Notes: generated from the letters alone by a model not told the origin. Shown: positions 1 through 10,242, counted from the stretch's first letter. The stretch: DNA of 64,000 nucleotides from Alphaproteobacteria bacterium (GCA_963555825.3 CAUVXB020000002.1:1792001-1856000); one strand, 5' to 3'. Numbers and translations are program-made.

Positions 1-86
1 GTCGCGTACAGCAGCATGAAGATGTGCGAATAGGCGTGTCCGACGCAGGCGAATGCGAGCGACAGACCCGACGATTTCTCCGACAT
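1..86 (-). CDS. MFS transporter, N-terminal fragment (runs off window)
   Basis: Reverse strand from ATG at 86 reads MSEKSSGLSLAFACVGHAYSHIFMLLYA, resembling the start of Fsr-like MFS transporters. Confidence 0.55.
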   Translation of the reverse strand, partial: MSEKSSGLSLAFACVGHAYSHIFMLLYA

Positions 87-564
87 GTTTGAGCCTCGGC
101 GCCCAGGAATAACGACTAACGGTTTAGAGCGTTATGGCCGGCGCGGCAAACGTCGCGATCAGTCGTCCCGCGCCGCTTCGGCCGGCCCGAGCGCGTGTTG
201 CAGGGCGCCGAGGTGCCGCTCGAACAAGCGCCAGCGTTCGACCGACGAGGAGTAGATCGGGCGCCGCACCTGGGCCGCGCTGGCGGTCAGCACGGGCCGC
301 TCGGTCTTGTCGAAGTCGAGACAGCGGTCGTCCCAGTCGAGACCGCAGTGCGCGACCAGGCGGCGCGCCGCGCCCTCGAGGTCGGCGACGACGTCCTCGT
401 AACGCAGCTCGCAAATGCGCCCGGGCAACACCGCCCGCCAGTGGCCCATCATGCGCTCGTACAGCCGGTAGTAGAGGCCGAGCTCGGTGAGGTCGTGAGC
501 TATAACCGAATCTTGACGGGGCGGTAAAAAGTCGATTCCTCATGAGAGTCGGCTGGATTATAAT

Positions 565-2206
565 CCGACATTCCCCAGATGATATCCAAATTCGCGGAAA
601 TCGTACCACGGCCCCATCTCCAAGGGAACTCTGTTCCCATTGCAGCCATCCGATGACATGATTTTGGTAATCGGCCAGCGCGTGGAAGGCCATTTGGTCG
701 TTTCTCTTGCCATCCAGACACACCTCTCGTGTCGCAATCTCCTTGCCGTCGATTCCCTCGGCCTACGCCGGAGCGGGTCTTCGTCGTAGATCATCAATCA
801 GGCTCAAGATTTTCTGGAACAAGCTTCTGGTGACTGCAACCTCGGCCAATTGAAATGTGACGTACCGGCCATGGCTGACAACTTTCGCACCGATCTTGAC
901 CAGCTTCTCCCTCAGCGTCGTCAGCGACCATTGCTCCACGGCATCGGGCAACGCCAGGGTACGCATGAAGTTGCCGAGGTTATAGGCGAGTGCATGCAGC
1001 TGGAGCCGGACGGCATTGTTGCGTAACGAACGGCATGACAGCCGCGTCCACTTGATGGCGTTCTTGCCTTCCTTGATCCATTGCTCGGCAGTGCCGCGCT
1101 GATTGTAGAACGCAACAACCCGCTCGGCAGGACGGCTCAGGTTGGTGACGATGAAGCCGACGCGGGGATACAGTTCCCCTGAGTGCCACTCCACCTTGGC
1201 GACGACCCGGCGGGGCTCCGTCCAGCTACCGGCCCGATAGCTGAAGTTCGCGTAATACCGACGAACTTCCTTCGGCGGCCGACCGACGGGGCGCTTGAGC
1301 AGGTGCGCGATGCTGTCGTGCAGCACCTTGTTGGCCGGAAGCCGGATGGCGTACTTGAAGCCTTCCGCTTCCAGAAACTCATAAACCTCGGGCGAGGCGA
1401 AGGCGGCGTCACCACGGAAATAACGCCGGAGTGTCTTGTTCCGGTATCGAGCGACCACCGGGTCCAACACATCGCGCCATTCATGGGCGCTGTGCACGTT
1501 GCCCGGACGCAGGGCGCAACGCTCCAGATCGCCGAACTGGTTGAACACGAACAGCGGGTGATAGCACGTGCAGCCGAAGTGACCGTTGTAGGCCGTGCCC
1601 TCCTGGTCACCGTAGGTCGGGCTGACGGAGCTGTCCATGTCGAGCACGATAATCTTCGGCGGCTTGCGCTCGTTAACCTGGTCGATCCAGATGCCCAAAA
1701 GGTCAGCGAGCGCGGCGAGGTTGTCATTGGTGGCGAGTAACTCCGTCTCGAACCGGCCCATCTGGCTGGTCGATGCGCCGCCGCGCTCGACAGCCCTGCC
1801 GCCGACGATCCACCGCATCGCAGGATCGCGCCCCAGCCGGTCGGCGTCGTTCACGTCCTCGTACCCGGCGAGACGACCATAGACGGATTGGCGAAGGAGA
1901 CCGATGATGCCGTGCCAACCGTTCTTGCCGGTCCGGCTGTCAGCAATAACGTCACCGGCCAGCGTGGTCAGGCCGAGGGCTTCGTCCAGTTCACGATAGG
2001 CGAGCAGACCAGCGTCTGACGTGATCCGCGAACCGTGGAACTCGAACTTCAGTCTTCGGTCGAAAAACGCCCGCAGAAGCCCCCGATCCGACTCACCCTC
2101 CAGGTTCCGCATTCGACCCACCCTCCGTCTGATCTAATCCACTGATTCTTATACAGGAATCAGACGGAAACCGCATCAGATGGATCGGTCACTTGGGGAA
2201 TGCGGG
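565..2206 (-). mobile_element. IS1380-family element
   Basis: Imperfect IRs CCGACATTCCCCAG / CTTGGGGAATGCGGG. 5-bp TSD ATAAT at 560-564 and 2207-2211; the empty site is visible in copy 2 of the host IS. Confidence 0.92.
763..2121 (-). CDS. IS1380-family transposase
   Basis: Motifs ITSDAGLL, LDMDSS, GCTCYHPL, FRGDAAF, YNQRGTAEQWIKEGK. Confidence 0.93.
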   Translation of the reverse strand: MGRMRNLEGESDRGLLRAFFDRRLKFEFHGSRITSDAGLLAYRELDEALGLTTLAGDVIADSRTGKNGWHGIIGLLRQSVYGRLAGYEDVNDADRLGRDPAMRWIVGGRAVERGGASTSQMGRFETELLATNDNLAALADLLGIWIDQVNERKPPKIIVLDMDSSVSPTYGDQEGTAYNGHFGCTCYHPLFVFNQFGDLERCALRPGNVHSAHEWRDVLDPVVARYRNKTLRRYFRGDAAFASPEVYEFLEAEGFKYAIRLPANKVLHDSIAHLLKRPVGRPPKEVRRYYANFSYRAGSWTEPRRVVAKVEWHSGELYPRVGFIVTNLSRPAERVVAFYNQRGTAEQWIKEGKNAIKWTRLSCRSLRNNAVRLQLHALAYNLGNFMRTLALPDAVEQWSLTTLREKLVKIGAKVVSHGRYVTFQLAEVAVTRSLFQKILSLIDDLRRRPAPA

Positions 2207-2210
2207 ATAA

Positions 2211-3821
2211 TTGTGCATGTTTACTTTACGCGACCGACGGACTGGGGAATTGTTTGATCGCTGGTCCGATTTCGGGGACAAACGTCGGCGCCTGATGGAG
2301 CAATCCTGGGCCGGGGTTTTTCGGAACCATCTGCTTGTCGAACTTCCGGTTGACGATCTTTGCCGTCACCTTGATGAACGCATGGGCCGACCATCGAAGG
2401 ATCTACACGTTGTCATCGGGGTCTTGCTTTTGCAGCAGCTGCACGATCTGAGCGATGCAGAGACCGTCGAGGCCCTGGCCTTCAATATGGCGTGGCACTA
2501 TGCCTTGGACGTGCGCAGCGAAGCGGACAGCTATTTCTGTGAGAAAACCCTGCGCAACTATCGCCGTCTGTTTATCGAACAAGGTCTCGATGAATTGCTG
2601 TTCCGGTGTTTGACGGATCGGCTGGTGCAGGGGTTCTCTGTCGATACCAGCCACCAACGCATGGATTCGACGGCCCTTCGTTCGGCAATGCGGGCGCTGA
2701 CACGACTTGGTATCGTTGTTGAGAGCATCTCGAAGTTTGCCCGTGAGCTTGAGCGATATCATCCCGGTCTGCACGAGCAGATCAGCAAGGAGGTGATCCG
2801 CCGCTATGTCGATCGCGAGGGTAATGGCGCGTTCGCGAATACGGCGCCGAGTGTTTCAAAACGGCGCCTCGGCGAAGCGGGTCAGTATCTCCTAGCCCTG
2901 GTGCTGCAATTCCGTGACACGGCGGCGGCAAAGCTTTCCAGTTTTGCGATCCTGGAGAGGGTTCTGCGCGATCAGTTCGAGATCGTTGATGATGAGTATG
3001 GCGATCGTGACGCAACGCGCGCCGCGATTCGAGATCCAAAGGATGTGCCGTGCGATACCGTCGGCAATCCGGCCGACCCGGACGCGAGCTACAACGCGCA
3101 CAAGGGTCAAGGATACATGGCGCAGATCGTCGAAACCTATTGTGAAGATGTCAGTAACGAGGCGGTTGCCGCGACACCGGACCTCATCACCCACGTGGAG
3201 GTCCACAAGATGACGGTGCATGACGGCCATCGCTTAGCCGATGCGCTGGATGATCTGAGCGAGCGCGCGCTGACGCCGGCGGTGATGCTGGGTGATTCAC
3301 ATTACGGTTCCAGTGACAACATGGCTCTGACGCGCGAACAGAACATCAATCTCGTGGCGCCCGCACGACCGCCGAAAGGCGCCGTCTCGGGACGGTTGAC
3401 GTTGGAGGATTTCACTCTCAACGAAGAAGGCTTGGTCTTGCGCTGTCCCAATAACGTCGAACCGGTTTCAGCCTCGCTCGCCAAAGCCAAGCTGCAGGCC
3501 CGTTTCGACCTCTCCATCTGCCAAAAATGTCCCGATATACTGCGATGTCCCGTGCAGGCGGCCAAGCGTGACGGCCAATTTTCCCGCTTTCAATATACCC
3601 CGGCCAGGGCTGCCAACCAAAAGCGCCGGCTTTATGAACAAAGCGATGCCTTCCGCAACGTCTACAGATGGCGGGCCGGCATAGAAGCGACCATGTCGCG
3701 ATTAAAGTACCAGATGAACCTGGCTCACCTACGCATTCGCGGCATGCCGGCCATGCGCTACGTGGTCAATCTGCGTGCCCTCGGCCTCAATATCCGACGC
3801 TGCGCGGCAATCGCACCATAA
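2211..3821 (+). CDS. IS1182/IS5-like DDE transposase (DUF772-type N-terminus, Cys-containing C-terminal DDE region)
   Basis: 536 aa with GRPS...LLLQQLHDLSD, MDST, GDSHYGS, CP...CQKCP...CP and RAGIEATMSRLK. Start may be the ATG at 2217. Confidence 0.88.
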   Translation: MCMFTLRDRRTGELFDRWSDFGDKRRRLMEQSWAGVFRNHLLVELPVDDLCRHLDERMGRPSKDLHVVIGVLLLQQLHDLSDAETVEALAFNMAWHYALDVRSEADSYFCEKTLRNYRRLFIEQGLDELLFRCLTDRLVQGFSVDTSHQRMDSTALRSAMRALTRLGIVVESISKFARELERYHPGLHEQISKEVIRRYVDREGNGAFANTAPSVSKRRLGEAGQYLLALVLQFRDTAAAKLSSFAILERVLRDQFEIVDDEYGDRDATRAAIRDPKDVPCDTVGNPADPDASYNAHKGQGYMAQIVETYCEDVSNEAVAATPDLITHVEVHKMTVHDGHRLADALDDLSERALTPAVMLGDSHYGSSDNMALTREQNINLVAPARPPKGAVSGRLTLEDFTLNEEGLVLRCPNNVEPVSASLAKAKLQARFDLSICQKCPDILRCPVQAAKRDGQFSRFQYTPARAANQKRRLYEQSDAFRNVYRWRAGIEATMSRLKYQMNLAHLRIRGMPAMRYVVNLRALGLNIRRCAAIAP

Positions 3822-4050
3822 AAAACGAAGCCAAGGAGAAGCCAAGGGTAGGTAATATCAGGTTTTATCCACCAGCAACGCGGAGACAGGCAAATATTCT
3901 TCACCGAACCGCAAAGACCTGTACAAGCACGCCATCGGCCAACAACTTTTTACCGCCCCGTCGAATCTTGTGTACGGCGTTGAAATGAAGGCGGCGTATC
4001 CTGGTGATTGTTGATGTCACCACTTGAGCTAAGCCAAGGAAGGATACGCC

Positions 4051-5295
4051 ATGAAAGAGAATACCGTTGTTGCTTTTCAAAACCCATCTGATTTTCAGAA
4101 AGATCCGTTGACGGAAGTCCTACAAGCTGGAGCTCGCGAGTTGTTGGCCCAAGCCGTTGAGGCCGAGGTCTCCGTGTTTTTGGGTAGCCATGCGGCGCTT
4201 GTTGACGCCGCCGGCCGCCGCCGGGTTGTCCGCAATGGATATCTGCCGGAACGCTTCATCCAGACCGGGATCGGCCCGGTGAGCGTGCGCCAACCCCGTG
4301 TGCGGGACCGGGGGGACGGCGCCATCCGCTTCACGTCGGCGATCCTGCCGCGCTATCTGCGCCGCGCCAAGAGCCTGGAAGACCTTTTGCCATGGCTGTA
4401 TCTGAAGGGCATTTCCACCGGCGACTTCGGGGAAGCCTTGGCGGCGCTCCTGGGGAGCTCCGCGCCGGGGCTTTCGGCCTCCACGATCACCCGGCTGAAA
4501 GAGGTCTGGGGGGTTGAGGCGGAGCGCTGGCAACGGCGCGACCTCACGGCCAAGCGCTACGTCTATTTCTGGGTGGACGGCATCTATTTCAGCGCCCGCA
4601 TGGAGGAAGAGAAGCAGTGCATCCTGGTGATCGTCGGGGCCACGGACAAGGGACAGAAGGAACTGATCGCCATCGCCGACGGCTATCGCGAAAGTGAGCA
4701 GTCCTGGCTCGAAGTTCTGCTCGATCTCAAGCGGCGCGGCCTTGAAATGGGTCCGCAACTGGCGCTCGGCGACGGCGCGCTCGGCTTCTGGAAGGCGCTC
4801 CGCCAAGTCTACCCAGGCGCCCGCGAGCAACGCTGCTGGGTTCACAAGACGGGCAACGTCTTGAACAAGCTGCCCAAGGGTCTGCAAAAGAAAGCCAAGG
4901 GGCGCCTGCAAGACATCTGGATGGCCGAAACCAGGAAGGATGCCGAGAGCGCCTTCGACTTCTTCCTGGAAGCCTACGGGCCGAAGTACGACAAGGCCGC
5001 GGCCTGCCTGGCCAAGGACCGCGACGTCCTGCTGACGTTCTACGACTTCCCCGCCGAGCACTGGAAGCATGTACGCACGACCAACCCCATCGAGAGCACG
5101 TTCGCCACGGTTCGTCTGCGCACCTACCGGACCAAGGGCTGCCTGTCGCGCAAGACGGCGATGGCCATGGTCTTCAAACTATGCCAGTGCGCTCAGAGAA
5201 AATGGAGAAAACTCGATGGATCGAACCATCTCGCCGAGATCATTCGCGGCGTCAAATTCGTAGATGGAGAACGCCAGGATCGCGCCGCCGCATGA
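4051..5295 (+). CDS. IS256-family (Mutator-type) transposase
   Basis: RNGY, YFWVDGIY, GDGALG, QRCWVHK, RTTNPIES; protein identical to 61164..62408. Confidence 0.95.
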   Translation: MKENTVVAFQNPSDFQKDPLTEVLQAGARELLAQAVEAEVSVFLGSHAALVDAAGRRRVVRNGYLPERFIQTGIGPVSVRQPRVRDRGDGAIRFTSAILPRYLRRAKSLEDLLPWLYLKGISTGDFGEALAALLGSSAPGLSASTITRLKEVWGVEAERWQRRDLTAKRYVYFWVDGIYFSARMEEEKQCILVIVGATDKGQKELIAIADGYRESEQSWLEVLLDLKRRGLEMGPQLALGDGALGFWKALRQVYPGAREQRCWVHKTGNVLNKLPKGLQKKAKGRLQDIWMAETRKDAESAFDFFLEAYGPKYDKAAACLAKDRDVLLTFYDFPAEHWKHVRTTNPIESTFATVRLRTYRTKGCLSRKTAMAMVFKLCQCAQRKWRKLDGSNHLAEIIRGVKFVDGERQDRAAA

Positions 5296-5315
5296 TCAGC
5301 CCATACACAACTTTT

Positions 5316-7116
5316 GACGGGGCGGTAAAAAGTTGTTGGCCGATGGCGTGCTTGTACAGGTCTTTGCGGTTCGGTGAAGAATATTTGCCTGTCTCCGCGT
5401 TGCTGGTGGATAAAACCTGATATTACCTACCCTTGGCTTCTCCTTGGCTTCGTTTTTTATGGTGCGATTGCCGCGCAGCGTCGGATATTGAGGCCGAGGG
5501 CACGCAGATTGACCACGTAGCGCATGGCCGGCATGCCGCGAATGCGTAGGTGAGCCAGGTTCATCTGGTACTTTAATCGCGACATGGTCGCTTCTATGCC
5601 GGCCCGCCATCTGTAGACGTCGCGGAAGGCATCGCTTTGTTCATAAAGCCGGCGCTTTTGGTTGGCAGCCCTGGCCGGGGTATATTGAAAGCGGGAAAAT
5701 TGGCCGTCACGCTTGGCCGCCTGCACGGGACATCGCAGTATATCGGGACATTTTTGGCAGATGGAGAGGTCGAAACGGGCCTGCAGCTTGGCTTTGGCGA
5801 GCGAGGCTGAAACCGGTTCGACGTTATTGGGACAGCGCAAGACCAAGCCTTCTTCGTTGAGAGTGAAATCCTCCAACGTCAACCGTCCCGAGACGGCGCC
5901 TTTCGGCGGTCGTGCGGGCGCCACGAGATTGATGTTCTGTTCGCGCGTCAGAGCCATGTTGTCACTGGAACCGTAATGTGAATCACCCAGCATCACCGCC
6001 GGCGTCAGCGCGCGCTCGCTCAGATCATCCAGCGCATCGGCTAAGCGATGGCCGTCATGCACCGTCATCTTGTGGACCTCCACGTGGGTGATGAGGTCCG
6101 GTGTCGCGGCAACCGCCTCGTTACTGACATCTTCACAATAGGTTTCGACGATCTGCGCCATGTATCCTTGACCCTTGTGCGCGTTGTAGCTCGCGTCCGG
6201 GTCGGCCGGATTGCCGACGGTATCGCACGGCACATCCTTTGGATCTCGAATCGCGGCGCGCGTTGCGTCACGATCGCCATACTCATCATCAACGATCTCG
6301 AACTGATCGCGCAGAACCCTCTCCAGGATCGCAAAACTGAAAAGCTTTGCCGCCGCCGTGTCACGGAATTGCAGCACCAGGGCTAGGAGATACTGACCCG
6401 CTTCGCCGAGGCGCCGTTTTGAAACACTCGGCGCCGTATTCGCGAACGCGCCATTACCCTCGCGATCGACATAGCGGCGGATCACCTCCTTGCTGATCTG
6501 CTCGTGCAGACCGGGATGATATCGCTCAAGCTCACGGGCAAACTTCGAGATGCTCTCAACAACGATACCAAGTCGTGTCAGCGCCCGCATTGCCGAACGA
6601 AGGGCCGTCGAATCCATGCGTTGGTGGCTGGTATCGACAGAGAACCCCTGCACCAGCCGATCCGTCAAACACCGGAACAGCAATTCATCGAGACCTTGTT
6701 CGATAAACAGACGGCGATAGTTGCGCAGGGTTTTCTCACAGAAATAGCTGTCCGCTTCGCTGCGCACGTCCAAGGCATAGTGCCACGCCATATTGAAGGC
6801 CAGGGCCTCGACGGTCTCTGCATCGCTCAGATCGTGCAGCTGCTGCAAAAGCAAGACCCCGATGACAACGTGTAGATCCTTCGATGGTCGGCCCATGCGT
6901 TCATCAAGGTGACGGCAAAGATCGTCAACCGGAAGTTCGACAAGCAGATGGTTCCGAAAAACCCCGGCCCAGGATTGCTCCATCAGGCGCCGACGTTTGT
7001 CCCCGAAATCGGACCAGCGATCAAACAATTCCCCAGTCCGTCGGTCGCGTAAAGTAAACATGCACAATTATAATCCAGCCGACTCTCATGAGGAATCGAC
7101 TTTTTACCGCCCCGTC
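5316..7116 (-). mobile_element. IS1182/IS5-like element copy 2 (intact)
   Basis: Same IRs as copy 1. Duplicated target (C)AACTTTT(G) at 5308-5316 and 7116-7124, inside the IS256 right IR. Confidence 0.92.
5457..7067 (-). CDS. IS1182/IS5-like DDE transposase
   Basis: 536 aa; differs from copy 1 at two visible residues (KLSSF/KLFSF, FRNVY/FRDVY). Confidence 0.88.
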   Translation of the reverse strand: MCMFTLRDRRTGELFDRWSDFGDKRRRLMEQSWAGVFRNHLLVELPVDDLCRHLDERMGRPSKDLHVVIGVLLLQQLHDLSDAETVEALAFNMAWHYALDVRSEADSYFCEKTLRNYRRLFIEQGLDELLFRCLTDRLVQGFSVDTSHQRMDSTALRSAMRALTRLGIVVESISKFARELERYHPGLHEQISKEVIRRYVDREGNGAFANTAPSVSKRRLGEAGQYLLALVLQFRDTAAAKLFSFAILERVLRDQFEIVDDEYGDRDATRAAIRDPKDVPCDTVGNPADPDASYNAHKGQGYMAQIVETYCEDVSNEAVAATPDLITHVEVHKMTVHDGHRLADALDDLSERALTPAVMLGDSHYGSSDNMALTREQNINLVAPARPPKGAVSGRLTLEDFTLNEEGLVLRCPNNVEPVSASLAKAKLQARFDLSICQKCPDILRCPVQAAKRDGQFSRFQYTPARAANQKRRLYEQSDAFRDVYRWRAGIEATMSRLKYQMNLAHLRIRGMPAMRYVVNLRALGLNIRRCAAIAP

Positions 7117-9127
7117 AACTTTTGACAATAGCTCTGAGGTCGTAGGCGAAGGGCTGGCCCGAGGTGAACAGCGTCTTGTAACACGAGAAGCAGGTGTCCA
7201 TCGGATCGCGCCGACAGTGGATGATCCGCGCGGCCGGCAGCATGGCGTGGATCAGGCCGAGATGGCGATGGTTGAGCGGCATCTTGTCGGTGACCCGCGC
7301 GGCGTCAGGCGCCAGGGCGCGGAGCGCCGCGACATAGCTCTCGCCCAGCTCGCGCCACATCGCGCCATCGATCTCGGCGGCGCATTCGGGATAGCGGTGC
7401 GTCGACGACAGCCGGCGCGGCAGGCCATCGGCGAGGCGCATGATCTCGTCCAGCTCGCCACCGCCATGAACGGCGGGGTGGCTGGCCAGTATCTGCTCGA
7501 CCAGGGTGGTGCCCGAGCGCGGCATGCCGACGATGAAGACGGGCAGTTCGGCGCCGTCGCCGAGGCCGTCAGCGCGCGCGAGGAAGGCATCGTCGAAGCT
7601 TCGCGTGATGCGCTCGACGATGTCTGTTTCGTCGGCGATGTCGAAATCGATGGCGCCGCGCTTGAGCCGGTTGCCCCGCTCGATACAGTCGAACGCCGCG
7701 TCGTTGTCGCCGGTGTCTTCATGGGCCTTGCCGAGCGAGAACAGGAGCCGCGCCGCGTCGGCGTCGGTGAGCGACGGATCCGCGACGCGCGCCGTCAATG
7801 CGGCGATATCGTCGTCGCCCGGCTCGAAAGTCTTCACGGCGCTCATGTTGTGGTGTGCCTCGGCCAGGCCGGGATCGAACGCGAGCGCGCGGGCGTAGGC
7901 CGCGACGGCCTCGTCGAGCCGCCCCAGGTTGGCCAGCACCATGCCCAGGTTGTTGTGCGCCACGGCGAGTTCCGGCTGCAGCTCGAGCGCCTTGTGGCAC
8001 GCCGCGAGCGCCTCCTCCAGCGCGCCCTGGCCGGCCAGCGCGATGCCCAGGTTGTTGTAGGCCTCGGCGTAATCGGGCTTGATCTGGACGGCGCGGCGAT
8101 AGGCCGCCACCGCGTCGGCCTGGTTGCCGCGCGCTTCCAGTGCGGCGCCCAGGTTGAACTGCGCCTCGGCGAGGTCGGGCTCGAGCCTCAGCGCGCGGCG
8201 GTAGGCCGCCAACGCCTCGTCGAGTTCGCCCGAAAGTCGGAGCGCATTGCCCAGGGTGTTGTGCGCCTCGGCGCTGTTCGGATCGAGCGCGAGCGCCTGG
8301 CGGATTTCCGCGACCGCCCGGGCGGGCTCGCCGAGTTCGACCAACGTCGCGCCAAGGCGGCTCCGCCATTCGGCCGCGTCGGGGCGCAGCGCGAGCGCCT
8401 TGCGAAAGGCCGTCGCGGCCGCCTCGTGCGCGCCCTGCGCGTGGCGCGCCATGGCCAGGGTGGCCTGCGCCTCGGCATAGTCGGGCCGCAGCTCGAGTGC
8501 TCTCAAGCAGGCGACGGCCGCGTCGTCGGCACGGCCCGACGCCAGCTCGGCGCGGCCCAGGTTGTTGTGCGCCATGGCGTAGTCGGGCTCGAGCGCGACG
8601 GCGCGGCGGCAGGCGGCGGCGGCGTCTGCGGGCCTGCCGAGGTCGAGGAGCGTGACCCCCAGGTTGTTGTGCGCCGTGGCGAAGTTCGGGGCGGCGGCGA
8701 CGGCGTTTTGAAAAGCCGCCAGGGCCTCTTCGGCCGCGCCCCGTTCCTTGAGGATGTTGCCCAGGTTGTAGTGCGCCTCGGCGTCGTCGGGCGCCGCCGC
8801 GATGGCGCGCCGGATGAGGTCGACGGCCGCGGCGGCATCGCCCCTCTGGTAGCGGATGACGCCGAGCAGATGCAGGGCACCGGCCTGGTCGGGCTGGCGC
8901 GCCAGAACATCGGCGCAGAGCCGCGCGGCCTCGTCGAGCCGGCCGGCGCGCTGGTGGCCCAGCGCCGTCTTGAGCGCTTGATCCGCCGATGCCGCGCCAC
9001 CGCCCCGAGCGGGTTGTCGACCGGCCTTGCCTGACGCGCGTCGTTGCTTCCTGTTCATCGGCTACCGCGAAGACGTGAGTTGAGCCCGGACCATGATACC
9101 CTACCGAAACCGGCCCGCGGTCATTCC

Positions 9128-10033
9128 ATGAGGCCGTATCCCCGTCGGAGCCGATGCTTGTTCAGTGACATTCCCCCGAGCCTGTTCGCGCTGACTTCGG
9201 CGCTGTTGTTCGCGGTCGGCGCGCAGATCCAAAATATCGGGCTTGCACGCGTCGATTCGCGCAACGGCGCGACGATCTCGATCGTCGCCTCTGCGGTCTT
9301 CCTGTGGTTGATGGCGCCGTTCCTGATGGATTGGTCGAACTGGCTCGAGCCGGCGGTGTTGATCTTCGTTTTGGTGGGCCTGTTCCGCCCCTCGGTCTCG
9401 GCCAATCTGGCGATCGCCGGCATGCGCTATCTCGGGCCGACGCTGACGACGACGCTCAGCGCCACCTCGCCGCTGTTCGGCGCCGCCTTCGGCGTAGTGC
9501 TCCTGGGCGAGACGCTGACCTGGCCGATCGCGCTCGGCACCGGCGGCATCATCGTGGCGGTCGCCATGCTCGCCAAGCGCGACGCGCGGATGGCGCAGAG
9601 CTGGCCGCTCTGGGCGCTCGGCCTGCCGATCGGCGCGGCGGCGATCCGCTCGATCGGCCACGTATTTTCGAAGATCGGCATGGAAAGCATTCCCGACCCC
9701 TACTTCGCCAGCCTGGTGGGGTTCACGGTCTCGGCACTGATCATGCTGGTGCTTCACCGCGTGCGGCCGGGCGCGCACCGCGTGCCGTGGCGAACACCCG
9801 GGCCCTATTGGTTCGTCGCCGCCGCCGTTATCATGAGCATCTCGGTCATTTCGCTGAACACGGCGTTGATGCGCGGCCAGATCGTCACGGTGGTGCCGAT
9901 CGTCGCCTGCTCGCCGGTCTTCACCATGCTGCTGAGCGTCCTGGTCTTCCGCCGCGAACGCCTGACCCCGCGCGTCGTGCTCGCCGTCGCGCTGGTCGTG
10001 CCCTCGGTCGTCTTCATCGCGCTGAACCTTTAG
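9128..10033 (+). CDS. DMT/EamA family transporter
   Basis: About 10 hydrophobic segments with duplicated EamA motifs (LLGETLT, FRRERLT). Start uncertain. Confidence 0.85.
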   Translation: MRPYPRRSRCLFSDIPPSLFALTSALLFAVGAQIQNIGLARVDSRNGATISIVASAVFLWLMAPFLMDWSNWLEPAVLIFVLVGLFRPSVSANLAIAGMRYLGPTLTTTLSATSPLFGAAFGVVLLGETLTWPIALGTGGIIVAVAMLAKRDARMAQSWPLWALGLPIGAAAIRSIGHVFSKIGMESIPDPYFASLVGFTVSALIMLVLHRVRPGAHRVPWRTPGPYWFVAAAVIMSISVISLNTALMRGQIVTVVPIVACSPVFTMLLSVLVFRRERLTPRVVLAVALVVPSVVFIALNL

Positions 10034-10062
10034 GCGCCGCGCGCGAGCGTCGCCGGGTCCTT

Positions 10063-10094
10063 GTAGGTCGCCGTGGCAAACGTCAACGGCCTAC
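10063..10094. repeat. GTAG-type REP-like palindrome (degenerate)
   Basis: GTAGGTCG...CGGCCTAC. Confidence 0.4.
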
Positions 10095-10242
10095 GAAGTA
10101 GCAAAAAAACGATAGTACGCCGTTGATGGCAGCTCACAACTACTGATAGTATAGTTTATTGATATTTCGAACTTATCGTATGTGGTGTTCGTGTTCGACG
10201 CGGGGGTCGTGCATAGGAGATATTTTGTAGGAAGGGAATGAC

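Larger units (their letters stand above)
515..3962 (+). mobile_element. IS1182/IS5-like element copy 1 (itself interrupted by IS1380)
   Basis: IRs GACGGGGCGGTAAAAAG / CTTTTTACCGCCCCGTC. Duplicated target (C)GAATCTT(G) at 507-515 and 3962-3970; the boundary is ambiguous by 1 bp (7 or 9 bp TSD). Confidence 0.92.
497..7134 (+). mobile_element. IS256-family element with both IRs interrupted by IS1182-like copies
   Basis: Ends GAGCTATAACC... / ...ACAATAGCTC match the intact copy at 61133-62507. 9-bp TSD TGAGGTCGT at 488-496 and 7135-7143. Confidence 0.95.
159..9058 (-). pseudogene. TPR-repeat sulfotransferase-family gene split by nested IS cluster (497-7134)
   Basis: 7115..9058 ORF has many TPRs (AEAHNNLG) and the sulfotransferase motif FIVGMPRSGTTLVEQILASH. 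The frame continues across the TSD (PFAYDL|TELGLYY) into 159..496 (LRYEDVV...TASAAQVRRPIY). Confidence 0.92.

Noticed and set aside
7800-8900. Recurring CCCAGGTTGTTG sequences
   Set aside because: They are codons of the TPR repeats (NNLG), not a DNA repeat element.
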